Source: an uncultured Acidobacteriota bacterium (lineage in GTDB: Bacteria; Acidobacteriota; Blastocatellia; RBC074). Taken from it: 64,000 nt of DNA. Under the pieces are notes generated by a model that saw only the letters and a list, made by a program, of their open reading frames with translations, did not search any database and had not been told where the DNA came from. Below, piece by piece: positions 1-10,269 of the stretch. Position 1 is the first letter of the stretch. The number at the start of each line of letters is the position of its first letter. The stretch spans positions 45,901 to 109,900 of the forward strand of contig CAWDDA010000016.1 of assembly GCA_963800895.1 (NCBI GenBank), given 5' to 3'. The translations under genes were made by a program, and so were the position numbers.

Positions 1-123
1 GGGATACTTTCAATTCTGGACGGCACGGAGCGAATCAAACCAAATGAGGAGTTCATTCGAAGCTTTCGGCGCCGCGAGCTTACACGTCAACTCGCGAGCG
101 TTTTTGACCGACTTTGTGAGTTA

Positions 124-152
124 GGGTACGTTGTACCGCCTTAAGGCGGAAC
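124..152. repeat. REP-like family A unit (GGTACGTTGTACCGCCTTAAGGCGGAA)
   Basis: Same unit recurs as inverted pairs at 3917-4005 and 49884-49952 and as fragment at 35971-35983. Confidence 0.8.
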
Positions 153-210
153 TGTGGAATACCGATGCCGCGAGCAGCCTGAAGGCGGTACACCATACTT
201 GGGAATCCCG

Positions 211-1131
211 ATGTCGTCGCCGCGCGTTTCAGTCATAGTCCTCAACTATAACGGTCTCAAATGGCTCGAGGCCTGTTGCCGCAGTCTCGCGGAGACGCGG
301 TACGCGAACTTTCAGGTGCTCCTGGTCGACAACGGATCGACAGATGGAAGCGTCGATTTCGTTCGTACACGCTTCCCTTCGATCGACGTTATTGTCAATG
401 AAACAAACCTGGGGTACTCGGCCGGAAACAACATCGGTATCAAGGCAGCACTTGCCTCCGGGGCCGAATACGTCGTGCTTCTTAATCCAGATACGCGTGT
501 CGAGCCTGATTGGCTTGGAGAGCTGGTCTCAGTAGGAGAGAGCGAGGAGAAGGTAGGAATTCTCGGCGCGGTGCAACTGGTGTACGAGAGCGATCAACTC
601 AATTCGTGGACGCGGTCTGCGTTTCCAGACCTGACTGAGAGACTGATGGCCCCCGAGATCGATCTTTGCTGGATCCCTGTCGACTGGGTTGAAGGGGCGT
701 GCCTTGCAGCGAAAAGAAGGGTTTTTGATGAAGTTGGACTTCTGGACCCGATCTACTTTGCGTTTTACGAAGAGATTGACTTCTGCAGGCGAGCTGCACG
801 ACGGGGATGGAAGATTGCCCTTGTTGTGCGCAGTCGCATCCATCATCACCGCGGAGGCGTGTGGGAATCGAGTCCGCAGCTCAAACGAAAGCGCGACTAT
901 ACATGCGACCGCAGCCAGTTCATCTATACGCTGACTGAGCCGCGCCGGACTCTGACAGGCAATCTGGGTTGGTATCTGATCACACTTGGCACCAAGGCAA
1001 AGGGCGCATTGAAGTCCACGAGTTCAGTCAGCGTCTGGGACCTTCTTCGAATGCAGGTTGATGTGCTGCGCAGCTTTGGCGCCGTCAGGGAGAAGTGGCG
1101 GCGCGACCGCGCGTTGACAATGTCCCGCTGA
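211..1131 (+). CDS. Glycosyltransferase family 2 (GT-A fold)
   Basis: ORF 154..1131; N-terminal VSVIVLNYNG...LLVDNGSTDGS...NLGYSAGNN...LLNPDT motifs typical of GT2 (rhamnosyl/galactosyl-transferase type). Likely start at internal Met 211 (MSSPRVSVIV...). Stop TGA overlaps ATG of next gene (ctGATGc at 1129-1133). Confidence 0.8.
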   Translation: MSSPRVSVIVLNYNGLKWLEACCRSLAETRYANFQVLLVDNGSTDGSVDFVRTRFPSIDVIVNETNLGYSAGNNIGIKAALASGAEYVVLLNPDTRVEPDWLGELVSVGESEEKVGILGAVQLVYESDQLNSWTRSAFPDLTERLMAPEIDLCWIPVDWVEGACLAAKRRVFDEVGLLDPIYFAFYEEIDFCRRAARRGWKIALVVRSRIHHHRGGVWESSPQLKRKRDYTCDRSQFIYTLTEPRRTLTGNLGWYLITLGTKAKGALKSTSSVSVWDLLRMQVDVLRSFGAVREKWRRDRALTMSR

Positions 1132-2012
1132 TGCTGGTCGAATCCATCACGCAGCTTAAAAGACGTCCAGAGCAGGCGATCATCATTAACGTCGGCACTA
1201 AGGGAGTGTCGACGCTCGCGCTTTTGAGCGCTCTGCGTTATGCAGCGATGCCGGTGCTGCTCATCGACTGCGAGTCGGATGACGGCAGCTTTCAACATTT
1301 CATCGGACTGCAATCAAAGCTCGACTTCGATCTTCTTGCGGCTCCACTGCGCAGGCATAGCAGTGCTCTCGACTGGATCTTCAATGAGATTCCGTCTGAG
1401 AAGGTACTCCTGATCGACTCTGATATAGAGATACTGAACGGCGAGATTTTTGAATTCATGCGCCGTTTTATCGACAGCGATAAAGTGTTCGGATGCGGCT
1501 TCACCGAAGGTCCCAACTGGATGCGCGGGCAGCAGGGCTTTATGCGTCACGGCCTTTTTGAAGAGCGTATGTGGATTCCGTTGACGATGCTCAAGGTGTC
1601 TATGATACGTGCCGCCCTCGGCAAGGGTGAATCGTTCGCTGAGCGTCAGGTTTTCAATGACTTTTCGCCGTCGCCATTCATTTCTCGCGTCATGGGTTCA
1701 ATCCGGTATCGCATACCCGCGCTTCAGTCCAGGCAGCTTCGTGCGTTCGATGCATTCAAGGAGAGTCATCACGGATTGAAGCCGTGGCTTGTGTGGTACG
1801 ACACCGGAGCGCAGCTTTATCGTCATCTGAAGTATATTGAGGGGCATCAGTTCGTCGGACTTCCCGCAGAGCTTCATGACCGCTACGCCATTCATTTCTC
1901 GGGCGTCACCAACAACAGGCTCAATCCAGGACGTGCTCTTGGCGCACCAATAGAAGAAACCAATGCGTATGTGCGTGCACGGCTAAGGGATGAGTACCAG
2001 ATCGAATTGTGA
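1131..2012 (+). CDS. Hypothetical protein, divergent GT-A-like nucleotide-sugar transferase candidate (LIDSDIEIL DxD-like motif)
   Basis: ORF 1095..2012; translationally coupled between two GT2 genes; Rossmann-like N-terminus (AIIINVGTKGVSTLALL) and DSD motif; no confident family recognised. Confidence 0.5.
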   Translation: MLVESITQLKRRPEQAIIINVGTKGVSTLALLSALRYAAMPVLLIDCESDDGSFQHFIGLQSKLDFDLLAAPLRRHSSALDWIFNEIPSEKVLLIDSDIEILNGEIFEFMRRFIDSDKVFGCGFTEGPNWMRGQQGFMRHGLFEERMWIPLTMLKVSMIRAALGKGESFAERQVFNDFSPSPFISRVMGSIRYRIPALQSRQLRAFDAFKESHHGLKPWLVWYDTGAQLYRHLKYIEGHQFVGLPAELHDRYAIHFSGVTNNRLNPGRALGAPIEETNAYVRARLRDEYQIEL

Positions 2013-2013
2013 A

Positions 2014-2976
2014 ATGAGCCAGCCGGAAGTTTCAGTCGTCATTCCCGTTCGCAATCGTCCGCAGGAGCTCGCCAGCGTGCTCGAAGCAGTAGCCCGGCAG
2101 GACTATCCTCACGATCAGTTCGAGGTTCTCGTCTGTGACGACGGATCGACCGCCGATATCCGCAGGGTGGTAGAGGTTGCGCGTAGAAGCGGGTTTGAGG
2201 TGAGCTATTTCCGTCAGCCGCCTCGAGGCCCTGCAACCGCACGCAATCTTGGGATCAGGAATGCGCGTGGTTCAATTGTCGCTATGACAGACAGCGATAC
2301 GAGACCTGATGAGAACTGGCTGAGCAGACTGGTGCAAGCTTTAAATACTCATCCGGAAGCGGCCGGCGTAGAGGGAAAGGTCATTACCGGCAACGAAGGT
2401 GAGTTCGATCCCATCGGAGAAGCACCCACAAACACTGAAGGCGGCGTATTTCTAACATGCAACTGCGCGTACCGACGCAGCGCGCTCGATCGTGTAGGTG
2501 GATTTGATGAGACGTTTCCATTTCCTGCCTACGAGGATGCGGACCTTGCTGCACGCATAAGCGAAATCGGCTCGATTGTGTGGCAGCCCGAAGCAGTCGT
2601 AGTTCATCCGCAACGACCGCTTACCCTGAGTGGTGTCTGGAAGAAGCTTCATCACTGGGAGTATGTGCTCCTGATGGGCTTGAGGTACGGATATCTTGGC
2701 TGGAAGAAGTATCCGACGAAGCACCCGCGCATTCGTGTTGCAGCTCTTTCGACCATCGCATTACCGCTTTCGAAGTTTAAGACAGCACTGCAATGGCTCC
2801 CGAAGCGTCCTGTACGATCGCTGAAGCTTGCTGCTTTTGGCGTCGTCGAGGCAGTTGGCGCGCTCTTTGTCGTAGTTCCTCGAGCACTCTTCGGCGACTT
2901 CAGCCGACGCAGAGTTCGCGGGAGCTTCCTTGATCTCGAGCCTCTTCACATCGAGGAGATAAGGCTGCGCCGATGA
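2014..2976 (+). CDS. Glycosyltransferase family 2
   Basis: ORF 1990..2976; VSVVIPVRNRP...VLVCDDGSTAD...DSDTRPDENWL; start taken at ATG 2014 just after upstream stop 2010-2012. Confidence 0.8.
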   Translation: MSQPEVSVVIPVRNRPQELASVLEAVARQDYPHDQFEVLVCDDGSTADIRRVVEVARRSGFEVSYFRQPPRGPATARNLGIRNARGSIVAMTDSDTRPDENWLSRLVQALNTHPEAAGVEGKVITGNEGEFDPIGEAPTNTEGGVFLTCNCAYRRSALDRVGGFDETFPFPAYEDADLAARISEIGSIVWQPEAVVVHPQRPLTLSGVWKKLHHWEYVLLMGLRYGYLGWKKYPTKHPRIRVAALSTIALPLSKFKTALQWLPKRPVRSLKLAAFGVVEAVGALFVVVPRALFGDFSRRRVRGSFLDLEPLHIEEIRLRR

Positions 2977-3908
2977 GCTCACCGCTGGTTTATGCCGTCG
3001 TCCTGACATTCAACCTTCGGGCGGTTGCAGAGCGGTGTTTTGAGTCACTGAGGAGACTGACTTATCCGAATCTGCGGGTCCTGGTTGTTGATAATGCTTC
3101 GACAGATGGAACCGAAGCGATGGCGCGGTCGCAATTCCCGGATTATGGCGTGATTCAAACCGGAGCCAATCTTGGATATACGGGTGGAAACAATCGGGGA
3201 ATCGAATTCGCCCTCGACCGAGGGGCGGACTACGTGCTCATTCTCAATCCTGATACCGTCGTGGCGAACCCGCGGTTCATCGAAGACATGGTCGACTTCA
3301 TGGAAGCGAACTGTGAAGTCGGCATCGCAGGTCCGCGCGTATTTCTTCGCGAGCCGGGCATTGTGCAGAACACAGTTCTTCATCCTCCGGGACTCGTACG
3401 AAGCTTGAACCACTGGTTAAGGTACCGGTTGTCTCCTGATTCATTTATGCAATCGGGAAGCGAGGTTGTTGATGCAGAGACGCTCAATGGTGTGTGTCTA
3501 TTGATGCGCGCCAAGTGTCTGGGTGAGATCGGGCTCTTCGATGAAAACATCTTCATGTACATCGAAGATGCGGACCTCGATTACCGCGCACGCCGTGCCG
3601 GATGGCGAGTCTGCTATCTGCCGATAGACAGCGTGGTTCACGAGCAGAAGGTCGATGGCTATCACATGACGAGTCAGGTGAGTTTTCTACTGCGCCGGAA
3701 TTCCGTCTATTTCCTCAGAAAGATCGGCCGCGATCTGGATGCGTGGGGATATGCGCTCGGATCACTTGTGTTGATGCTTGCTCGCGGAGTTGTAAGGATC
3801 GGCAGGCTTCGCGAATACGCTCAGTTCTGCCGAAAGCTGGCAGCGGCCTACTGGCAGATACTCAGCGGACGCCCGCTCGGCAAAGCGTTCGGTCCGCCGT
3901 ATGGTTAG
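2973..3908 (+). CDS. Glycosyltransferase family 2
   Basis: ORF 2973..3908; YAVVLTFN...VLVVDNASTDGT...NLGYTGGNN...LILNPDTVV; 4-nt overlap with upstream gene. Confidence 0.8.
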   Translation: MSSPLVYAVVLTFNLRAVAERCFESLRRLTYPNLRVLVVDNASTDGTEAMARSQFPDYGVIQTGANLGYTGGNNRGIEFALDRGADYVLILNPDTVVANPRFIEDMVDFMEANCEVGIAGPRVFLREPGIVQNTVLHPPGLVRSLNHWLRYRLSPDSFMQSGSEVVDAETLNGVCLLMRAKCLGEIGLFDENIFMYIEDADLDYRARRAGWRVCYLPIDSVVHEQKVDGYHMTSQVSFLLRRNSVYFLRKIGRDLDAWGYALGSLVLMLARGVVRIGRLREYAQFCRKLAAAYWQILSGRPLGKAFGPPYG

Positions 3909-3916
3909 GCATGTCT

Positions 3917-4005
3917 GTACCGCCTTAAGGCGGAATGGTGAAATACTAGATCCCAAGATTCCGCCTTAAGGCGGTACAACGTACCTGGGTACTACGTACC
4001 CTAAG
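3917..4005. repeat. Family A inverted pair (GTACCGCCTTAAGGCGGAAT ... ATTCCGCCTTAAGGCGGTAC) forming about 60-nt hairpin
   Basis: Read directly; lies between GT2 stop and next gene start. Confidence 0.85.
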
Positions 4006-4010
4006 ACAAA

Positions 4011-5528
4011 TTGTTGAAAACCATTTTGCTGCTCGCGCTTCTTTTCCAGGCCCAGCGGCCTTTGCCGCTGGCTGCGCACTGGAACCTCGGAGAAGCGGAG
4101 AACGGCTTTAGTCCTGAATATCAGGTAAGGATGATTGCGGCAGGACATCACCTTCTACCCTGGCTCAAGATGCCTTCTCCCGAGCTGGCTGCAAATGATC
4201 AGATATGGGCTGCGTACTACGAAAAGCCATGGCGGCGGTTTGCCGAGCTCAAGCTCCCGGTCTCTTTGGTGAGTACCCAGTGGGAGGCAGGGCTTACGGC
4301 TGAAGCGCGATACTTTGGTTTGCCGTCCGAAGATAATCCCAATACGATCGGTCAGGATGGCAAGCCTCGACCTGAAGTCTCACCTTTCGGGCCGGCGAAA
4401 CACTGGCGCGAGATGGGGCGTCTCTGGACATCCGGTCCGCTGCTCAAAAGACTGATCGATGCTTACCGTGAGCCTCCGTACATTCTTTTTGTTTCCAACA
4501 ACGAACACTCGCGTCTCTGGTGGATCAAGGCTGAAGAGGACCAGCATTATCTGAAACGGTACGGTCGTGGCCGCAGTGATGACTTCAAGCGCAAGGTCGT
4601 AGGTGACGGATGGATCGAGCTGTACCGCGCCTTACAGCAGGGGATGCGTGACGGGCTCAAGGGTACACCCTGGGCGGATCGCTTGATTTTCGTCGGCTAT
4701 GACGCATTTGGACCTCCACATTTCGCACGCTGGCCCGGCTGGATGGAACACTCTCTTTACACCAGTGGTCGCATCGATCCGAAGCCCCTTGCGTGGGACG
4801 GCGGCTCCCCGTCCTACTATGTGTTCAACTGGAATGAGAGCACTGATTACACCGTCTTCGGTCCTCAGGTTGAGTCGATGAACTGGATATTCATGCAGCG
4901 CGAAGCACTGCGCCTCAATCCACGATTCTGGTTTGAGATCTCAACCTGGGATGGGCACGAACCTGAGATGGAGAACGACAAACGCAAGCTCTACGCAAAG
5001 CGGGGCCAGAGTTTCACACCCGAACGCTACGGTGGAATGGTGCAGTTTGGAATGTGGCTTCTCAGACCGCGTGTCGTCAGAGAGTTTCGAGGTTGGCGCG
5101 ATACTCTCGCTCAGGCGGAGCCATTCTTTCTTCCGATCATGCAAGCTGTAGATCGAGTCCACAAGGTCTCAATCCTCGAACAGTTCTGGCGCGATGGCGA
5201 ACTGATCCCCAATCCGACAGCTGACCATCCTTACCAGGTCAACGTACCTGTCGAGTACCGGAACGAAACGCGCTGGTTTCTTCTTAACACAAGCCTCGAT
5301 CCGCCGCGCCCGTGGAAGCTCAATACGGAACTTCCCGTCTTCGCACTCGCGTTGGCTCGAGGGCGAGCGCCGTCTCGAGAATGGCTCGTTTATGCACACT
5401 CGCCGCTGGCGCCGCGATCCGGTGTTTCTATTACGATTCCGGCGTATGGGCCAATTCGAGCTGATGTGCCAGTGACCGGAGCGTTCTATCTTGTAAGTGA
5501 ACAGAATCGACAGGTGAAGGCTCTGTAG
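4011..5528 (+). CDS. Secreted hypothetical protein (signal peptide MLKTILLLALLFQAQ), Trp/aromatic rich; candidate periplasmic polysaccharide-modifying enzyme
   Basis: 505-aa ORF inside glycan locus; N-terminal hydrophobic signal; no recognisable catalytic family by eye. Confidence 0.5.
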   Translation: MLKTILLLALLFQAQRPLPLAAHWNLGEAENGFSPEYQVRMIAAGHHLLPWLKMPSPELAANDQIWAAYYEKPWRRFAELKLPVSLVSTQWEAGLTAEARYFGLPSEDNPNTIGQDGKPRPEVSPFGPAKHWREMGRLWTSGPLLKRLIDAYREPPYILFVSNNEHSRLWWIKAEEDQHYLKRYGRGRSDDFKRKVVGDGWIELYRALQQGMRDGLKGTPWADRLIFVGYDAFGPPHFARWPGWMEHSLYTSGRIDPKPLAWDGGSPSYYVFNWNESTDYTVFGPQVESMNWIFMQREALRLNPRFWFEISTWDGHEPEMENDKRKLYAKRGQSFTPERYGGMVQFGMWLLRPRVVREFRGWRDTLAQAEPFFLPIMQAVDRVHKVSILEQFWRDGELIPNPTADHPYQVNVPVEYRNETRWFLLNTSLDPPRPWKLNTELPVFALALARGRAPSREWLVYAHSPLAPRSGVSITIPAYGPIRADVPVTGAFYLVSEQNRQVKAL

Positions 5529-6716
5529 ATGCGATTGTTTGTCGTTAACAATATTCCGGCGCCTTACTTCGATCCGCTCTTCGAAAGGATCGGCAGCGAG
5601 AACGGCTGGTCGCTCACCGTTTGTTACACTTCGACCTGGAACGAGCAGGCCGGATGGGTTGAAAAACCAATAGCGACCACCAAATATCGAACAGTGATTC
5701 TTGATCGAGCTGGGAGAGGAATCCTGGCGGGCGCACGACTGTTTAGCGAGCTTGCTCGCAACCGTCCCGACTTCCTGATCATTTATGGCTATACCCTCGT
5801 TCCTCAAATTGTTGCGATTCTATGGTCGATGGTCACTGGTTCGCGCTATGCGCTCATCGGTGACGCCAACATTCACACGGACAAGCCAGCCGGGTTGAAA
5901 CGTGGTTTGAGGCGGTGGTGGATCAGACAGACTGTGAAGCAGGCGACAGCAATCATCGCCATTGGCACCGCGAATCGTCTCTTCTGGAACAAGTACGGCG
6001 CCCGGCCGGACCAGCTTTTTGAAGCGCCATACGCCGTTGATAACGAACACTTCGAGCGTGCTGTCGAGGAAGCACGCGTCGATGTTGATGAGTTGAGACG
6101 AAGCCTTCGAATTCCTTCTGGGGTGGTATTCCTTTTTGTTGGAAGACTGATAGCTCGGAAGAATGTCGATCTGATCATTCGAGCAATACGCGCAACTACA
6201 TCTCGCGATGTTGCTCTCGTCATTGTGGGCGATGGCGACGAGCGCAAGAGACTGGAATCCCTCGCGGAGGGAGATCCGCGGATCGCGTTTGCCGGCGCTA
6301 TAAGCCAGACGTTGCTTCCGGGTTACTATTCCATGGCCGATTGTCTTGTGCTTCCGGCGAGCGGCGAACCGTGGGGCCTGGTCGTAAATGAAGCAATGGC
6401 ATCAGGACTCGCCGTGATCGTTCATCGCGATTGCGGTGCGGCGGTCGACCTGGTCTCAGCCCGGAATGGCGTCGTGCTCGAGAGCTTTGAAGTCTCCGAG
6501 TTGCAGCGCGCACTGGAAACCGTCTCAAATGATCCTGTAAAGCTTGGTAACATGAAACGGAATTCGCTTGAGAGGATCTCGAAGTCGTCGATTGACAGGG
6601 CAGCGGCGGCAATCATTGAAGCTGTCAAAACAGTGATGCCGGCTGAAGCTGCAATGGATAAGGGCCCCAAAGAGGGACGCCCACGAGTCGAGGGGGTAAT
6701 CGAAGAGATCAAATGA
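5529..6716 (+). CDS. Glycosyltransferase family 4 (GT-B, retaining)
   Basis: FLFVGRLIARKNVDLIIRA...VIVGDGDERKRLE...GEPWGLVVNEAMASGLAVI (EX7E motif region) typical GT4; start immediately after upstream stop. Confidence 0.8.
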   Translation: MRLFVVNNIPAPYFDPLFERIGSENGWSLTVCYTSTWNEQAGWVEKPIATTKYRTVILDRAGRGILAGARLFSELARNRPDFLIIYGYTLVPQIVAILWSMVTGSRYALIGDANIHTDKPAGLKRGLRRWWIRQTVKQATAIIAIGTANRLFWNKYGARPDQLFEAPYAVDNEHFERAVEEARVDVDELRRSLRIPSGVVFLFVGRLIARKNVDLIIRAIRATTSRDVALVIVGDGDERKRLESLAEGDPRIAFAGAISQTLLPGYYSMADCLVLPASGEPWGLVVNEAMASGLAVIVHRDCGAAVDLVSARNGVVLESFEVSELQRALETVSNDPVKLGNMKRNSLERISKSSIDRAAAAIIEAVKTVMPAEAAMDKGPKEGRPRVEGVIEEIK

Positions 6717-8098
6717 TCGTTCTCGCGTTATTAATTGGAAGTATTCTCTGGCTCCTCTGGTACAAGTTCCCGGACCGTTTCCTGCGAGCATACGGGCTGT
6801 TTTTCCTGATACTGCTGGTCTATGCGTCGAACAAGAGCGGCTATGGCATTTCGGATGCGATGTCTGAAGGCGCGTTCAGTCCCTTAAGCCTCGTACGGTG
6901 GGCGTGCTTGATTCTGCTCTTCGTGGTGTGTATGAGGATGAAGAAGCGGCCGGAGAACTTTCGCAGGGACGTGCCCCTGGCTGCATTTGGGATCCTGCTG
7001 CTGGCCGACATCCTCTTCTCGGCTACATACGCCGAAGACTTCAATTATTCATTCTATCGTGGGTTGAGCTTCGTCTTTCTTGCGCTTTCCATGCTTACTG
7101 GTGCTGTCGTTTATTTGCACCGGGCAGAGAACTGCGTCCGGTTCTTCCGTTTTCACTACCTTGTGGCGTGGATCACACTCGTTCCTATGCTGCTTTTGCA
7201 TCTGGTGGGGCTCAATAGTCTCGGTGTGACGATAATTATGGGCCAGTACGCCGGTCTTTTTGGCAACCAGAACATGTACGGGACTTTCTCGGCTCTCATA
7301 ACACCTTACATAGTGTTTCACTGGAGAGTTGTCGCTCAAACCAGCAGAGAGAAGTGGATAGACGGTGCACTTCTCATCCTCATGCTGCTCGGACTGTGGT
7401 TTTCGAGATCACGCAATGGATTTGTTTCGAGCCTGGTAGCCGTCGGTGCCTATTTCTTTGTGATCAATTTGAAAAGCCGGTTAAAGATCGTTGCTATCGC
7501 GGTGTGTCTGGCCGCGGCGCTGGCGGCACTTCCAAGCGTTCAGTCCGATTTCAGAGATTTCGTGAGGAAAGGTTCGACTCAAACTGAGTTTGGCTCCCAG
7601 TTTGTCGAAGAGAAAAGGTACGCCATGTGGAGTGGCGTCTTTCCGCTCTTCTGGAAGGAAAAGCTGACGGGTTACGGCTTTGCATCGTCCCATCTTCTTG
7701 TTCATCCATTCACTCGCGATGCAACGGTCGGACGAGCCATTCATAACAGCTACCTCGAGATCTTTGGTGATCTCGGACTTCCCGGATTCATTTTCTTGAT
7801 GCTGATCCTGTATCGAATAGGATCAAAAGCCACGATGCTTGTCCGTCTACGCGGAGAGTTTCTCGAGCGCAACATAAATGCCGTTTTCATCTCAATCTTC
7901 TTTGCCGGACTCGGCAACGCTTTCTTCGAAAGCTGGATGTTCTCTGTAGGTAATCTTACGTCCCTGATATTCTGGGCGCCGGCTGCTGGTGTTGTTGCGC
8001 GCTGGGCCTGGCGGACCGCCCCCGCCAGCCATAAAGAGCAGGCAATTCAGCTGACTCAACAACGCACTCACGTTGAAGCATTAGTTGGTCAAAGGTAA
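6713..8098 (+). CDS. O-antigen ligase / Wzy-like polysaccharide polymerase family membrane protein
   Basis: 461 aa, approximately 10-12 predicted TM helices, WFSRSRNGFVSSLVAVGAYFF region resembling PF04932 (O-antigen ligase/Wzy) periplasmic loop; 4-nt overlap with upstream GT4. Confidence 0.6.
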   Translation: MIVLALLIGSILWLLWYKFPDRFLRAYGLFFLILLVYASNKSGYGISDAMSEGAFSPLSLVRWACLILLFVVCMRMKKRPENFRRDVPLAAFGILLLADILFSATYAEDFNYSFYRGLSFVFLALSMLTGAVVYLHRAENCVRFFRFHYLVAWITLVPMLLLHLVGLNSLGVTIIMGQYAGLFGNQNMYGTFSALITPYIVFHWRVVAQTSREKWIDGALLILMLLGLWFSRSRNGFVSSLVAVGAYFFVINLKSRLKIVAIAVCLAAALAALPSVQSDFRDFVRKGSTQTEFGSQFVEEKRYAMWSGVFPLFWKEKLTGYGFASSHLLVHPFTRDATVGRAIHNSYLEIFGDLGLPGFIFLMLILYRIGSKATMLVRLRGEFLERNINAVFISIFFAGLGNAFFESWMFSVGNLTSLIFWAPAAGVVARWAWRTAPASHKEQAIQLTQQRTHVEALVGQR

Positions 8099-8104
8099 AT
8101 AGAG

Positions 8105-8176
8105 GCATGTAGTACGGGCGTTTAGCCGGAATCTGTCGGACATCGAAGATTCCGGCTAAAGCCGGTACTAACATGC
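8105..8176. repeat. Family B palindrome (GCATGTAGTACGGGCGTTTAGCCGGAAT ... ATTCCGGCTAAAGCCGGTACTAACATGCC)
   Basis: Second copy at 35884-35967. Confidence 0.85.
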
Positions 8177-8183
8177 CCACGAA

Positions 8184-9371
8184 ATGGCCCGGGTTCTTTT
8201 CAATGCTCGAGCGTCAACCGCGGGTGGCGGATTGACCTACCTGCGCAACGTGCTTCCGAATTGCGCGTGATTCCGCGCGGCCACAGTTTTGTGGTTGCAG
8301 TGCACCACTCCCACTTCCGCGAGTTTGCGACATTTGAGTCGGATCAGTTGAAGGTGATGCCGGTAAAGGACACGGGAGTGAGTTCCCGGCTCTGGCAGGA
8401 GCAGGCCTTGCTGCGGGCTCTGATCGCTTCCGAGAAGATTGACGTTCTGGTATCGCTTGGAAACTTTGCGCTTTTCAGGTCGCCGGTACCTCAGCTTCTT
8501 TTTAACCGGAACGATCTTTACTTCTCGAGAGACTTTCTTACGTGATCTCTCCAATAGAGGACTCTACCTGCAGAAAGCCGGCACTCTGTTGAAACGCGCC
8601 ATAGCTAAGGCATCAATGCGCGCTGCTGACGTGAATGTGACTCCTACACGCGCCTTTGCCGAGAAACTAGCGAACTACAATGGTGGCGACCCTGACCGTT
8701 TTGAAGTCCTCAGGTTTGGCTTCGACCGAGCGAAGTTCAGCGAAAGCACCGGCCCACTCGACCCATCTCAGACTGCCGCACTTCGGATCGGAGAGCGCGT
8801 CAGGCGCATCCTGCACGTCAGTCATTACAACTACTTCCGAAACTTTGAGACGCTGATTCGTGCTCTTCCTCTGATCGATGAGATGCTGCAAGCTCGGACG
8901 GGAGAGAATGCACTACTCGTTCTGACAACTGACATTCGACAGGGCAAGATTTATGGAGGATACGACGCTACACTGGCATCGAAACTGATTGACCAGCTCG
9001 GAGTTCGCGACAGAATCGCTATGCTTGGCGAAGTTCCGTACGACAGGCTGGCTGAATTGTACCGGCAGGCGGACCTTTTCGTGTGCCCTTCGTACTCGGA
9101 AAGTTTCGGGCATCCTATGCTTGAGGCAATGGCATCGGGCGTGCCTGTAGTCGCGGCGAATCTGCCCGTTCATCGGGAGATCTGCGGAGAGGCGTCCCTC
9201 TACTTCGATACTTTCGACGAGAAGGAGCTGGCGCGAGAGTGTGTTCGCGTGCTCACAGATCCGGATCTTGCTGATACGCTCCGTACCAGGGGGGAAGCCG
9301 AGATTCGCCGGTTTTCCTGGGATGATCATGTGACGAGGCTTATCGAAATCATTGAAAGGCTCAAAGGCTGA
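8184..9371 (+). pseudogene. Glycosyltransferase family 4, interrupted by two compensating frameshifts
   Basis: Frame 0 ATG 8184 encodes MARVLFNARASTAGGGLTYLRNV (GT4 N-terminal Gly-rich loop) then stops at about 8268; homology continues in frame 2 (ORF 8261..8545: VVAVHHSHF...IDVLVSLGNFALFRSPVPQLLFNRNDLYFS) and returns to frame 0 (ORF 8439..9371: ...SESFGHPMLEAMASGVPVVAANLP...). Confidence 0.6.
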
Positions 9372-9385
9372 CAAATTAACAAAAG

Positions 9386-10269
9386 ATGAGCGAGAAGGTA
9401 CCGGTCTCCGTAATCATTCCCGTAAAGAACGAAGAACAGAATATAGCGGCATGCCTCGACAGCGTATCGTGGGCAGATGAAGCATGGTCGTAGATTCGGG
9501 GAGTTCCGATCAGACGGTCGAGATTGCGAAAAGGTACTCCGACAGGATTGCCTGCTTTGATTACAGGGGCGGCTTTCCCAGGAAAAAGAACTGGGCGCTC
9601 GAGACTCTTCCTTTCAGAAACGACTGGGTGTTGATACTGGATGCTGATGAGCGCGTAACACCTGAGCTTGAACAAGAGATTCGCGATCTTCTTTCAGGTC
9701 CTGGTCAGCGCGATGGCTATTACATCAACCGTCGCCTGATTTTCCTTGGCCGCTGGATCCGGCATTGCGGCTGGTATCCCAGCTGGAACATGCGTCTCTT
9801 CAAGCACAGGCTCGGGCGATATGAGAGGCTTGAGACTGAGGACGTTGAGAATATCGGTGATGTCGAAGTGCACGAGCATGTCGTTCTGAAAGGCGAGTCA
9901 GGATACCTGTCAAATGATCTGTTGCACGAAGACTTCAAGAGCATTTTTCATTTCGTCGAGCGTCACAATCGGTATTCAAACTGGGATGCCAGAGTCTACG
10001 CTAATCTCGGGAAGGGCATTGATAGCGGGAATGCAATTGGATCGTCTTTTTTTGGCTCACCTCTCGAGCGAAAGCGCTGGATCAAGAGAATGTGGGTCAG
10101 GCTACCGGGCCGACCTCTGCTGAGATTCATCTGGATGTACGTGATACGGCTCGGATTTCTTGACGGCAAACCAGGTCTTATCTTCTGTACGCTGATGAGC
10201 ATGCACGAGGCCGTGATCTCGGCAAAACTTTACGAGATGAGGATAAAGAGTTTGGAGTTCAAGCTTTAG
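9386..10269 (+). pseudogene. Glycosyltransferase family 2 (WcaA/KdtX-like), single frameshift near 9482
   Basis: ATG 9386 gives MSEKVPVSVIIPVKNEEQNIAACLDSVSWADEAWS*, continuing in the -1 frame as MVVDSGSSDQTVEIAKRY...LILDADERV (ORF 9484..10269). Expected continuous ...ADE(I/V)VVVDSGSSD. Ends LEFKL* inside a repeat. Confidence 0.6.

Noticed and set aside
5169-5807. 212-aa minus-strand ORF spanning the junction of two + strand genes
   Set aside because: Overlaps two well-supported genes, low-complexity Arg-rich translation.
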